Below, piece by piece: positions 1-12,669 of a stretch of 60,916 nucleotides of DNA; the stretch's first letter is position 1, and each line of letters starts with the position of its first letter. The stretch comes from Harriotta raleighana (lineage: Eukaryota): the NCBI GenBank assembly GCA_050575255.1, contig JBNZDD010013703.1:7203502-7264417 (forward strand), in the 5' to 3' direction. The notes beneath the pieces are model-generated. The model searched no databases. It saw only the letters and a program-made list of their open reading frames with translations, and had not been told where the DNA came from. A program made the position numbers and the translations under genes.

Positions 1-200
1 ACGCCACCGCAGTTGGGCTTGTGGTGGAAGGTATAGCCAGGTGATGTAGCTTCAGTGAGGGGGAAGGTGTTGCCTAAAGTGATCCAGGTTTTGGTGAGGA
101 CCATGATGTAGATGTTTTCATCAAAATGAAGTTGAGGATGAGGACTTCCTCTGATTTCAAGGAGGAGATGGACAAAAATGGCCCAGTGTCAACCAGCTGT
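1..200 (-). mobile_element. L2 LINE ORF2 fragment (AP-endonuclease N-terminal region), cut by window edge
   Basis: Minus strand reads IMVLTKTW...PGYTFHHKP...GG, the typical APE LTETW...PGY...PR..GGGV pattern. Confidence 0.7.
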
Positions 201-529
201 GTTATTGTCCCATGTAGTGAGATATGTGGGGGTTCTCTCAGCATCCTCCAAGAGTAATGTGGCTGAGATCATTAACAATAATATTTTTCCCACAAAATAT
301 ATAGTCAATTCACTTTACTGTGTTTTCTGTGAAGCGCATTGCGATGTCTTGAAGATGTCATAAGGTGCAATAATAAATGCATGGATTATTATTATTGTAG
401 CACAGCATACTGTAGGCTCAAAACCACATCTCACCTCACCACCAAAACTGGTGCTTTTATGTTCCCCTACATCCTACGTTGTTTCCGCCCATTCAAATCA
501 GGAAACACCCGATAAACCAATCCACAAAT

Positions 530-622
530 AAACCAGAAATATTTGGAAATATACGGTAGCCAACCAGCCCCTGAAAGAGAAAAGATTAACATTTAACATT
601 TTAATAATGAATCTTCATCAAA
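530..622 (-). mobile_element. Decayed Penelope-like element (PLE) terminal fragment
   Basis: Similar to the PLE ends at 30095-30234 and 47222-47324 (ggaaatatac..., gagaaaagattaacatt, cttcatcaaaa). Confidence 0.45.
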
Positions 623-911
623 AATTTAATTGGATTATTTTGTCCAATGAATAATAAATGACTAAACTCCAGAGTCCTGGAAGTTCACTAAGATTTAGTC
701 ATGAATATCATTTTGTTCTGAATATTAAGATTGTGAAAATTGGTTAAAAAAAATCTTAAATTCTGCCTTAATTTGAAAGTTGGTTCTTTACATTACCCAT
801 TTCCAAATTAAAACTGAAATTTAGAAATTTCAATAAATCTTAAAATAGGAGGAGTTTCAGGTCTCTGGATCCAAACACAATCTGTGATTCTTGTGATACC
901 TAAACTAATGT

Positions 912-1214
912 GGAGTCCTTAGCTCAGTGGTTAGAGCACTCACCTTATAAGTGGGAGACCCGAGTTAAATTCCAGGCTGGGTAAAACCTTGGACAAGTTT
1001 CCTTACTCTACAAGCATAATAATAATCCCTCAAAAAAATTGGTAATTTCAATCCACTACTGTTTGTAGACACAACTGTGCGCAATTGGCTGCTGCATTTT
1101 GCCCACATATATACAGTCAATTCCCTTCACAGTATATTCTATGAAGCGCTTTGAGAGGTCTAGAAGATGTGAAAAGCGCTATATCAAATACCAGGATTAG
1201 TATTATTATTATTA
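912..1214 (+). mobile_element. tRNA-derived SINE (Val-TAC-like head, Deu-like body, L2-type 3' end, (ATT)n tail)
   Basis: A box TAGCTCAGTGG, B-box-like GAGTTAAATTCC, body gtgcgcaattggctgc, 3' gatgtgaaaagcgctatatcaaat plus (att)n; many copies in window. Confidence 0.9.
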
Positions 1215-2284
1215 TGCTGTGTTGAATATTTCTCCACAAAGCCTTTCTCAGAACAATATAATTGTTCAACTTGTATCCTAACAGCCACACAGTAACCCAG
1301 ACATGGAAAAATACCTTATTCATATCCAAACAAACAATTAAATTGTGTTGCATTTACAATCCATTGTTTCAAAATAATAAGGCATATTCATAAGTGAACC
1401 ATTTAAAGCCTTTTTTTGGCATTTCACTTTGTACAATACAATGGGTAATACTGTATTTAATTGTACTTTAATGAAACAAGATTATAATTATGATGTATAT
1501 CAGCAGACTAAAGGGCAAATTTCCACAATTGTACATAAAGCCATGTAAAGAAACCTTTGACAAATTCATAGAAATCCAATAGTATAACATCCAAAAATGA
1601 GGCACTTGAACTTTGTTAATGAGTGTGGCTTAGATTCTCTTGATGGGAAAGGACAGAGAATGACAATCTGAACTCTTAATAAGGTAAAAGCCATGGAGTG
1701 GAAGAGGGTATGAGGTGAAACCTGCAATGTTTAATAATGTGGGTGTTGTGGGCCATTGCTATGCACAAATTGCCTGCTGTGCTTGCGTACAAATATGCAA
1801 TCACTGCATTTAGCATGAAATAATGTAAAGCACTTGGAGGTGTTGAAAAAAGAAAGGTCATGTCTCAAAGTGTTTCACAGGTAATTAGCAACAAGTGTAT
1901 TAACTGTTTTGGTGAGAAAATGCCTAAAACTAAATAAATCAATGGATTTTACTGAGATTTAGTTGAAATTTGATGATCTGAACAATAATTAAATTGGTAT
2001 TTGGATTCAACCAAAGTCTGCCATCCCAAAAGAGGGCTCTTATTTCTTCAGCTCAATACAATGGTTAATGTTACCACTGTCTCCCATTTATTTTGAATCA
2101 GTAGATTTCCAGCCTTTTTGATTCAGTGAATTATTGCATTTCCTTTCATCATTCAATCCCAACTCTCACACTAACATTGCATCTTTTCCCAACTTTGGAT
2201 ATTTGCTTCCAAATAAGCCACCACATTTTGTGTCCTCCCTCAACGGATGAATTTTGGGGAATTAGTGAAGGCCCATAGAGTAGT

Positions 2285-2594
2285 GGAGCTCCTGTGGCTA
2301 AGTGGTTAGAGCACTCGCCTTATATGCCTTACAAGCATGAGTCCTGTGTTCGAATCCAGGCAGATCAGGGTGAAACCTTGGGCAAGTTTCCTTACTCCAC
2401 ATGCCTAATAATAATCCCTCCAAAAAAAACAAAAAAAAAAAACACAATAATAAAATTGGTCATTTCAATCTGGCTGCCACGTTCCGCCCACAAATGTACA
2501 GTCAATTCACTTTACAGTATATTCTGTGAAGCGCTTTGGGACGTTGATAAGATGTGAAAAGCGCTATATCAAATGCAAGGATTATTATTATTAT
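2285..2594 (+). mobile_element. tRNA-derived SINE, subfamily with duplicated anticodon segment
   Basis: TGGCTAAGTGG A box, GTTCGAATCC B box, gccttatatgccttacaagc duplication, (att)n tail. Confidence 0.9.
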
Positions 2595-2595
2595 A

Positions 2596-3088
2596 GTGGT
2601 TAGCACACTTGCTTTAGAATCTGGGTTTGATTCTCACACAGGACAAAATCGAAGGCTAGCTTCTTTACTTCACATGCCTACAAGTAAATAATCACTCCGC
2701 TCAGCAGTAAGTAGGAACCCAGTTGTTAGTCAATTGGTGGATTGTTTTACAGGGGTAATAAATAATCCCTCCAAAAACAGAGAAAAAATTACTGGTTTCT
2801 CAATCCACAACTTTGTGGACAATTCCTTCCACAAAATACACAATCATTCCAATTTACAATATATTCTGTGAAGTGCTTTGAGACATTTCAACAATGCAAT
2901 AAGGCACTCATAGAATCATAGAATCTTACAGCACAAAAAGAGGTCATTCGGCCTATCGAGTTTGTGCTGGCTCTTTGAAAAGAGCAACTCAATCCCATTC
3001 CCCAGCTCTCTCCCCATAACTGTGCAAACCCGTCCTCCCAAATAAATGTCTCACTACACTGTATCAAATGCAAGGATTATTATTATTA
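2596..3088 (+). mobile_element. Long-form SINE with extra central domain, interrupted by a CR1 3' end (about 2909-3050, minus)
   Basis: Decayed head, extra segment cagcagtaagtaggaacccagttgttagtcaattgg, then the usual body; the 3' end is split by catagaatcatagaatc (CR1 tail). Confidence 0.7.
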
Positions 3089-3453
3089 TGATTGAATCCC
3101 GTGACTGATATTAAAGTTCTGGGAATTTCTGGGAATAGAAATCTAGTTGGCTAGCAGTATCGAGCAGTACAAATAAGCTATGAATCTTCCATTAGCATCA
3201 GGATAGACTTTAAAGTAAAATAAAGTGCACACACCACATGTTCTTTGATGTTCCCTTTGCACTTTAGAATCAGAGATACAAGAACTATTTTTATTTTTCC
3301 GCACTTGATGAGATGATTCATCTCACAAATAACTACTGTACTAAAGATTAACCTGATTGTGAATCTAGTTGAAATGTGTAAGAGAGTTTGGTCAAAAAAA
3401 AAAGGTTAAAACTGTAGGCAATTGCTTGGATAGTGTCCGAATCATTCTTAGAT

Positions 3454-4040
3454 CAACAACAATAACAACAAAATCACATTTATACAGCTCCTTTCACATC
3501 GGGAGGACGTCCCAAGGTGCTGAACAATCAGGTCAGGACTCGAGCAGGGTAGGGAGGGTTGGGGTAGGGGGAAGGGGAAGGAGAGTAGGAGACGGGGAAG
3601 AGTTAGGAGCGGATCCGAAGGTACAGTCGAAGAGAAAGGTCTTGAGACCAGCCTTGACACTAACCTTGAAGGAGGAAAGGGAGGAAGTGAGGCGAAGGGA
3701 TTGCGGGATGGAGTTCCAGAGGGTGGGGGCAGAGAGGCTGAAAGCCCAGCCACCGATGTTTGGGCAGTTAGGGCGGTGGATGCAGAGCAGGCCTGAGTCT
3801 CCTGAGCGGAGGGGGCGGGCAGGCTAATTGGAAGACAGCATGCCGGAGAGATAGGCTGGGGCAAGGCCGTGAATGGCCTTGAAAGTGAGGATGAGGATCT
3901 TGAATTCAATCCTCTGGGGATGGGGAGCCACTAGAGACGGGCGAGGGTGGGAGTGATGTGGTCGCGGAAGTTAATGCGGAAGAGTTCACGAGCTGCAGAT
4001 TTCTGAATGATCTGCAGCCTGTGAAAGGAGGCGATCAGGG
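3454..4040 (-). mobile_element. L2 LINE 3' end, 5'-truncated
   Basis: Minus strand encodes ORF2 C-terminus LQIIQ.SAAR...WLPIPQRIEFKIL, then 3' UTR gggacgtcctcccgatgtgaaagg and (GTT)n tail. Confidence 0.9.
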
Positions 4041-4799
4041 AGTGACAAAAAGAGAGAAAGATATTGAAGCAGTCTACATGGATAATTTCACCTGTCAAAA
4101 GGACTGACATTGTTAGTCAATAATTCACAATTTACGTTTTTGATACATGATGAACTTTGATGTGTTGGTCACACTGATTCTTATTCCTGTTGGTCAAAAA
4201 GATGTCATTAAGATCCCCAAATACAGGGGAAGAAGACCTTTCTTCTTAAAGGATTTCAAGATTATCCACCCCATAATTCTTCCCTTTGTAGCATCAAGCT
4301 GTTTCTTAAATAATGTCAGGGTCTTGACCTCAACAATTCTTCCTGCCTACAGTATCCAGCTATTAATTACCTTCTGTGACAATACAATACACATTTATAC
4401 AGTGCCTTTCACATTAGGAGGATGTCTTAAGTGCATGTATTCCAGATGTCTCAAAGGGCTCCATAGGAGTTGATGTGAAGTTTAATAATTATTTTCTTGA
4501 AGTGAAAACATAGTAACTTCTAAAGGATGCAGCACACTCTCATCATTGCAGCATATCCTCATCATTTGAGATGTCAGGAAGACATGAAATGCGCTACATC
4601 AAAAAAAGTAAGGATTATATTCTATTAGAGGTTTAGTCTTAGAGGATGTGAATCCTGATGTTGGGACTGGATCCATAACATTCTGACTCAGGCAAGTAAG
4701 TGTACTAGCAACTGAGCCAGGCTTTTTCTAATGCCCGGCCCTGAAATTCACAATCCAAGAACTTATATCCTCTTGTCTTCTCCTGTTTCCTTTCTGTAT

Positions 4800-5290
4800 C
4801 TGAAAATAATGTGCTGGGTTTAATCTCTATTCCCTTTAGCATCTTTTATACTTTTATCCAGTAAGTAATATCATTTCAAAGCAACTTGATTCTAATCCTT
4901 ATAATATAACACACAGGACCACATAGAGTGAAAAGAGATTCCTGACAAATGACAGTGTGATACAATAATCTTCCTGGAAGGCCATCAAATAAAATTGAGT
5001 AGCTTTTGTGTCCTATGAGAGAAATGTGTTTGTGAACTTGACCAGAGCTTCAAGCAGGTGAGAGCAGCCTTTGTCAGTTTTTCTTCAATCCGGACTGGTC
5101 ATACAGACAACAGTGAGATTGGAATGATTTGCGATTGAAGCCGAAGGATTATTACCTCAATGATCTCATTGTAGGTTGCGATTATCTCCAGTTTCCAGTT
5201 GTTGGTACAAAGAATGTAATTGGAAATGAAAACACCAAACCATCAGTTGTAATGAAGATTGAGGATCAGAGCTTTTGCTGAACAGTCAGC
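4800..5290 (-). pseudogene. Decayed PIF/Harbinger transposase-like fragment
   Basis: Ordered motifs across frameshifts: PTTGNW..IIATY, FNRKSFQS (5116-5139; cf. Y.NRKGFHS), LIGHKSYS (4996-5019; cf. LLGD.AYP). Confidence 0.55.
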
Positions 5291-5614
5291 CTTGTGAAAA
5301 ATTGAATACCAATGAAACGCAGAAATAGACAGAGACAAGGGTGAAGGAAAGGAACAGAACATCTACATGGGACAATAGTGAAAAGTTTGAAAGCGAATGA
5401 GATGACTAAAAATATCCTCCTGAGCTGAAAAGTGGAAATGTCCTGAGTAGAGATGGTTTGATAAACGTTTCACAAGAGGACACATAACTGTTAAGATTCA
5501 ACAAAAATTGATCCAATGTGTGGGTGGTGCTGATGGTGTCTAAGCATGTGTGCAGAAAGCATTATCATGCAGAGGTACTGACTGTGTACACATAATGACA
5601 TACAGAAATGGTGA

Positions 5615-5891
5615 GGAGTCCTGTAGCTCAGTTATTAGAGCACTTGCTTTACAAGCGTGAGACCTGGGTTCGAATCCAGGCAGGTAAGGGTGAAAAGAAA
5701 CACAATAGTAAAATTAATCATTTCACTCCACAACAGTTTGTGGGATCATGCTGTGCGCAATTGGCTGCTGAGTTTTACCCACAAATATACAGTCAATTTA
5801 CTTTACAGTATATTCTGTGAAGTGCTTTGGGACGTCTAGAAGACACGAACGACACTATATCAAATGCAAGGATTATTATTTTTTATTATTA
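5615..5891 (+). mobile_element. tRNA-derived SINE
   Basis: ggagtcctgtagctcagt head, GTTCGAATCC B box, body and (att)n tail. Confidence 0.9.
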
Positions 5892-7529
5892 TAGGCATGG
5901 ATAAACACACATGTACAGAAGGTATTATCGTTCTGAAGTAATAAGCGTGAGAAAACACTTTTACAGAGGGAATTACAGGTTACATTAATGAGGAAATTAA
6001 CAAAAACAACAATTCTATATTTATATTGAGATTTCAGGTGAGGAGGACATTTGAAAGCACCTCATAGACCTGCGAGTGGGGAGAGCTCAGGAAAGTGACA
6101 CATAGCGCGATCAAAAAGAATGGTTACTGACTCTTTCATAGAGTGATCTTTTCAATCCCATTTACTTGCCTTGCCCCCGCTTCCTCCTGTAGGTTATTCA
6201 TCTTTGATATCTATCTAGTTTTCTTTCAAAGGTTCCATAAATCCTGCCATGACCAACATACGCTGCAGGGCATTCCACATCCTAACAACTCTGCAAATAT
6301 ATCTCTACCTTTGCTTCCTTGTTAACTAGCTAAAATTCCGACTTACCGATCAGTGGCCTATCATTTACCATTAGTATTTGCTAATGAGATGATTCTGGCA
6401 GCGGACGAGGAGCACATGTATGGACACAATGTAACTAGCCATTACACATACTCTAGTTGCTTTTACAGGAGATCCCTCAGGCCCACAATGGCTGCCAACA
6501 CAGCAGGTTTTGCAGTCCTGGACAAAAGTTGTAGGCAGCTGTTAGGGATGTGGCTCTCTAATAGGCCTAGCTCCACATGGCCTATATCCTGAAAGAAGGT
6601 TGTAATATATAGCTGCCAGAATCACCTCATCAGCAAATAAGGGAAACAGATAGTGATGTCCTTTACTCTGTGGGTTAATCACCAGCATTTGTCTTGCCTA
6701 CTGTTCAACGTGATGCAGTCCTTGTCTGCCAGAAATCTTTCCTTTGAGGCATGCACATTTCTTTTGTCAGTGTGATTGTAATTTGGTTTTAATAAAGCCA
6801 TCAGTGTTTACCTCAAACAGAGACAGAGAAGTGAGTATTTCCCAGTGTACAATCCAACAATCCAGAAAAAATTGTTCATTCACTTCATGGCTGCCTGTGG
6901 GACATTGCTGTGCGCATATTAGTTGTTCCGTTCAACCACAAAATACTACAGTATATCTAATGCAAGGATTTTTCATGTATTATTATTTATTAATTTCCCT
7001 CAATGACATATGTGCTTGTTTCTATCTTACTATTGTCCTGTGGTCCTACTACAGTACAATGTTTACAACATCTGCATGTATACACTGTAAAGGAAAATAA
7101 ATAGTGTGAGTGCCACATCATGAGTGCATCTTATTCCTATTTACTGACTAGTAATAACTATCTTAGATCTGAGTTCTCAAGGGTTTCCTGAATGAGACGC
7201 AATTTGTGTAAATTTTTATTGTTTATGTCCCTAAACACATTTTCCGGGAACTCACAACATTTACACAGTATTCTTCTCATTTTTTAACCTCACCACTATT
7301 CTCTTCCCTTATTTTCTCTTTGTGAGTCGAAATGCTCCCATCGATCAGTAGACACAACATCCCATCTCTTTACTTTACTGTGGTGCATAATGCAGGGTGA
7401 AGACTAATTGGGCTCCCTTTCAGTTTCGCTCTCTCTCCCTCAATATAACTGGCAACTTGTGGTCACTGATGAGCTGTTGCCTTCCTACTTCAGTCATATA
7501 GGTAGGCACTGAAAATCCCAAGGAACTGT

Positions 7530-7900
7530 GTTGCAACAACAGGAAATTTGCCTGGTGTATTCAATCAAAAGCAAGTGTTATTTTTATTTACAGTCAGAAA
7601 CCAATGAATTGCACAACATCTTGACATTTCTTGCAAGTCACTCAATCACTGCAGGATCTGCATGTGGCAGAACATTGCTGATGATTGAACTGCTTTTTCT
7701 ATCAATGATTCAGTAGATTCCACTAATAAGCCACTTGCCCATAGAAACAGAGGAGAATGGATATCTGCTGACAACAGCTACGGGACAGGCAAGCTCTTTT
7801 TCTCACCCTTATACTGTCCCTTGGGTCTCGTAAAATAATTTCTACTGATAAATATTCTAAGTAATAATATTGTTTTGCTAGTAATGAGCTTCCCCACTAG
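7530..7900 (+). pseudogene. Decayed PIF/Harbinger transposase-like fragment
   Basis: Ordered motifs FNQKQ..YLQ, AGSACGRTL (cf. PGS.HD.R.L), WISADNSY...FSP (cf. WLLGDSGY...L.P). Confidence 0.45.
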
Positions 7901-8284
7901 GCAGCAAACTGAAAAGTTTGGGCAAGTTACAGATAAATGCAGGAGTAAGTTGAACCTGGAATCCAATGGGAATTAAAATCTGACTGCAGATATGGGGAAC
8001 AAAGCTTTTATCACTGTTGAGTCTGACAATAACTGCTTTGGGCAATTTTTGCTTTGTCCATAAACAGCAATTTACCTCACGTCTTCCCTGTCAACGTATG
8101 ACACTTCCTACAAATGATTGCTTCCAGCAATGTATTCCCAAGAAGTCAGGATGCACCAAAAATACATGGCAGAAAATAGCAACAATATATTTTGCATCAC
8201 AGACCGGATAAAGGGAAGGAAGCAAAGATTAGGCTCCAGGGGAATTTGATGCAAATGGGTGAGCATTAAGTCAGATACCTTAAT

Positions 8285-8589
8285 GGAGTCCTGTGGCTCA
8301 ATGGCTAGAGCACTAGCCTTGCAAGCAAGAGACCTGAGTTCGATTCCAGACAGGGCGAAATCTTGGGCAAGTTTCCTTACTCCACACGCCTAATAATAAT
8401 CCCTCGAAAAAAAATCAATAATAAATTGGTCATTTCAATTCCCAACTGTTTGTGGGACACTGTTGTACATGATTGGCTGCTGTGATTCTCTCACTGAATA
8501 TATAGTCAATTCACTTTACAGCACATTCTGTGAAGAGCTTTGAGATGTATTAACAATCCGATAAGGCACTATATCAAATGCAAGGATTA
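8285..8589 (+). mobile_element. tRNA-derived SINE
   Basis: ggagtcctgtggctcaatgg head, GTTCGATTCC B box, body and 3' end. Confidence 0.9.
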
Positions 8590-8789
8590 GTAACTGAGGG
8601 ATCTGTACTTCTTGTACATATTCAAAAGAAAACTAGACTTCCACATGAGGGCGAGGGGAATTGGAAGGGTAAGGGGAGGGAATCATGTGGAGTGTGAATA
8701 CTGGCATGTACCGTTTAGGTCAAGTGGCCTGTTTCGGTGCTAAACGATCTTTGTAACAAATCTTTATAACATGAATGACCTAGATTTGC

Positions 8790-10680
8790 AGTCTCAGTGC
8801 AAAGTAATTTAATTTGCAGTTGACTCCAAATTGGGAACGTCACTGTCTAATCAGAGGAGGCAGCCAAGATCTAACTAGGATGGTTGGCAGGGTGTGTAAT
8901 TGATCTGCTTATTGCAAATTAAGTTCAATACAAGTAAATGTACGTGCCTCATTGAGGAAGTAAAATTAAAATGCATATGTACTCAGTTGAAGAGACAAAA
9001 TATTCCAAGAACAATGTTGAAAGATACATGAAGATATTAGTTGACTCACCATTCACATCATACACAACAACAATACAAAAACAAAATTACATTCATAGAG
9101 CGAACTTTCACGTCGGGAGGATGTCCTCGAACAGTCAGGATGGGACCTGAACAAGGAAGAGGGGCAGGGCAGTGGGAGGAGCGAGAGAGAGTCAGGAGGG
9201 GAGGGAGAGAGTTGGGAGGGCAGCAGAAGGCGAAGAGGAGGGTCTTGAGACCGGCCTTGAATTAGGCGAGGGAGAGAGTGAGGCAAAGGAACGGTAGGAT
9301 GGAGTTCCAGAGTGTGGGGCAGAGAGGCTGAAAGCCCGTCCGCTGATGGTAAAGCGGGTCGGGCGGGGGCCATGGAGCAGGCCGGAGCCTGTTGAACCAA
9401 AGGGGCGGGGAGGTTCATAGAGGGGCAGTATGTTGGAGAGGAAGTGGGAGCCAACAACAACAAAAACAGCAACTTCGATTTATATAGCACCCTCCATGTC
9501 AGATGGCATCTCATCTCACAATAACGGATCCCGGGGGCGAGCCAGAGGCAGGGGGAGAAAGGTGACCGAAGGCATGGGTGAAGAGAAAGGCCTTGAAGGT
9601 GAGGACGAGGATCTTGAATTTGATCCTCTGGGGGATGGGGAGCCAATGGATCCGGGTGAGGATGGGAGTGATGTGGTCGAGGAGCTTAGTGCGGGTGAGA
9701 ATATGAGCTGCAGAGTTCTGGATGATCTGCAGCTTGTGAAGGGAAGAACCAGGAAGGCCGATGAGAGGGAATTTCCGTAGTCAAGCCTTCATGTGATGAA
9801 TGTATAGACAAGGGTTTTGGCAGCCTGAGGAGTGAGACAGTGCTGGAGACTGGCGATGTTGCGAAGGTGGTGGAAGGCAGTGCTGCTCATGGCATGGATG
9901 TTGGGGAGGAAGGACAGTTCAGGCTTGAATAAATTGCCCAGATTCCTGACTGGTTTAGAGAGGTGCAGAGTGCAGCCTTGGATGCTAATGATGTCAGCGC
10001 CTGAGATGCGGAGGCGCTGACGTGATCCAATCAGGACAGCCTCTTGAGGACATTCAACTAGAGAAAGTTGCTTTTCGTCCAGGATTCAATGTCAGACAGG
10101 CAGGCAGGACACTGGTAGTTGTGAAGATGAGGCTGGAGGCAGAAAGTAGAGTTGAGTGTCATCTGCGTACTTGTGGACATCTAAACAAGAATCAGGCAGC
10201 GTTAAACATGGGAAGCAACTGAGACCTACATTGCAAATTGAGTTCAGATGAGCAACAGTTATAATACAAAAAAGACTAGAATACTCTGGTTAGGCTATAT
10301 CTACACCTGTAGTGTATATGGTTCTTATCACCATAACAAAGCTGTTCAGGCTAAAGTAAGTACAGTACACAGAAAGGGAAAACAGTGATTATTCCCCATT
10401 GCTAGAAAATTGAGGAAAATTTATATGGGCTAGTGCTCTTCAGAAATGAAAAAAGACACCTGAGATGTATAGAAAATGGTGTACAGAATGTACAGACTTT
10501 GAAATGGACCAGGACAGCAGGATAAGATGCATTGGTTCAGACTTGTAAAGAGCAACATTCAGGGCAGACACCAGGAAGTGTTTCTTCACCAGAGGAAACC
10601 AACAGCAACCTGGTGCCACACTGAGGTCATAGGGCTGATATTCTGGTAGAATTAAATGAAACAGACCTCTGTTATGTAAA
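8790..10680 (+). mobile_element. Old CR1 ORF2 RT/C-terminal fragment interrupted by an L2 insertion
   Basis: tttgcagttgactccaaattggg (FA.D.KLG) and aagttcaatacaagtaaatg (KFN..KC) at 8.8-9.0 kb; CR1 resumes near 10190 with accaggaagtgtttcttcacc. Confidence 0.6.
9065..10190 (-). mobile_element. L2 LINE 3' portion with a short nested L2-type tail (about 9451-9520)
   Basis: YADDTQLY remnant at about 10150-10170 (minus), WLPIPQRIKFKIL, 3' UTR and (GTT)n tail. Confidence 0.9.
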
Positions 10681-10882
10681 CCATTCATGTAATCTACAGA
10701 CTTCTGTTTTAATAAAACTTTTGAGAGTTGCTTTGTGAGTGGTTTTGTATTGTACCAGGAAGGTTTTGGTACTCATGGTTACCATCAACTTGGCTACCAT
10801 CAGTATTCATGGAAAGCATTGGATTTTATCTGGAATGCTTTGCGGTATGTTCAGGTTTAATTGACATACAAACACTGTTTCA

Positions 10883-11488
10883 CACGCAGGCCACCAAAAC
10901 CCTCATACACGCATTCATAAAGGCTAGATTATTGCAAACTCACTGCTTGTCAGCCTTCCCAACTTGTCCCTCCATAGGCTGCAGATTATCCAGAACTCTG
11001 CAGTCTGTGTTCTCTCCTGTACCAGGTTCTGTGACCCTATCACTCCCATTCTTGCCTGACTCTATTGGCTTCCTATCACACAGAGGATGCAATCAATTTT
11101 GGTCCTCACCTTCAAAGCCCTCCATGGCCTCTCTCCCTCTTACCTCTTGACCTCCTAACCCCCTACCAACCTGCCTGCTCCCTCGTCTCAGTGGGCTCCG
11201 GTCTGCTTTATGTCCCACCACTACCCCCACCATTGGTGGGTGGGCCTTCAGCCACTCTGCCCCCACTCTCAGAAAAGTTATCCCACAGTCCCTCCACCTC
11301 GTCCCCTCCCTTCATTCAAGACCTACTTCAAGATCCTTCTCTTCAACTGTGCCTTTGATCATCTTTCTTTTCCCCCACTGCCCTTCACCCTCCTCGATCC
11401 CGACCACCACCACAGCTCGAGTCTGAAAGACTGACATCCTTCCAACATGAAAGCCACTGTAACAATTAAAGGTTATTGTTGTTGTTGT
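10883..11488 (+). mobile_element. L2 LINE 3' end
   Basis: TKTLIHAFI..RLDY, LQIIQNSA, (GTT)n tail. Confidence 0.85.
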
Positions 11489-11820
11489 AATTGCCTTCTG
11501 GTTGGTTGAGGCTATCACTGTACAGAACGTGTAATCTACTCATTATTTGAAAATGACAATGGTGATGGATATCCTGATGACAAATCTCACTAACTTCTTT
11601 ACTGTACAAAGTGTGAAATTTAATTTAGAGAAACATAGAGTTGTATTTTCCAAAATATAGTGTCAGCCTAACTCATTAGAATTGTATTGTTTACACTTGT
11701 TCTTGTGTCATAGAACTTTGTGACAGGCCATGTCTGCAGCAAGAAACAGAATTAAGCATTAAGACTGCTGGTTAAAAAATACTGACAACATAGAGCAAGT
11801 AGAGTCATCCCACTTACACT

Positions 11821-12156
11821 GGTTGCTTGTTGCTCAGTGGTTAGAGCACTCGCTTTACATGCCTTACAAGCATGAAGCCTGTGTTCGAATCCAAGTAGAT
11901 TAGGGCGAAACCTTGGGCAAATTTCCTTACTCCACATGCCTAATAATAATCCCTCCAAAAAAACCACAATAATAAAATTGGTCACTTCAATCCACGACTG
12001 TTTGTGGGACACTGCTGTGCGCAATTGGCTGCCGCGTTCCGCCCACAAATATACAGTCAATTCACTTTACAGTATATTCTGTGAAGCGCTTTGGGACGTT
12101 GATAAGATGTGAAAAGCGCGATATCAAATGCAAGGATTATTATTATTATTATTATT
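11821..12156 (+). mobile_element. tRNA-derived SINE, duplicated-anticodon subfamily
   Basis: gctcagtggttagagcactcgctttacatgccttacaagc, B box, CpG-rich body, long (att)n tail. Confidence 0.92.
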
Positions 12157-12417
12157 GTTACATTTAATGTGTTCAGTTCAACCTCTTCTTAAAGTCCAAT
12201 TGAAGCTGTTGTTTTCATGTTTCACTTTTCATTGAACAATCGTGAACTGGATCATGTAAGCTCCAGTTGAACACAGTTGCTACTTTTGGGGTAATTTTCC
12301 ATTGCAATAAAACATCTGGATTATTACTAGGTAACTGCTTTTAAAAAAACATGCATTTTTTAATAAGTAATAAGGTTCCTTTGCTTTTGCTTTGGACAAT
12401 GTATATTTACAAATTGT

Positions 12418-12669
12418 GGAGTCCTGTAGCTCAGTGGTTAGAGTACTTGCCTTTTCAAGCGAGAGACCTGTGTTCGATTTCAGGCAGGGGGAAATCTTGG
12501 GTAAATTTCCTTACTCCACGCACCTAATAATAATCCCTCAAAAAAACCAATAATAAATTGGTGACTCAATTCACGCTTGTTTGTGGGACACTGTTGTGCG
12601 CAATTGGCTACTGTGTTTCGCCCACATATATGAAAGGTGCTATACAAATGTAATTTTGTTGTTGTTGTT
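12418..12669 (+). mobile_element. SINE ending in an L2 3' terminus (chimera)
   Basis: Normal head and body to cgcccacatata, then tgaaaggtgctatacaaatgtaattttgttgttgttg, which is the L2 end. Confidence 0.8.

Noticed and set aside
912-990. tRNA-Val(TAC) genes at SINE heads
   Set aside because: The heads run directly into SINE bodies, lack a consistent acceptor stem and carry scattered mutations.
5156-5290. 135-nt AG/GT-bounded minus-strand exon candidate with a single in-frame TGA (selenoprotein-like)
   Set aside because: No recognisable selenoprotein motif or partner exons; it overlaps Harbinger-like motifs that continue past the donor site.
3369-9780. Long ORFs of 116-197 aa (3369-3827, 3448-3909, 9053-9646, 9430-9780; likewise 21501-21956 and 45041-45580)
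   Set aside because: Antisense or off-frame reads of GC-rich L2 3' ends.
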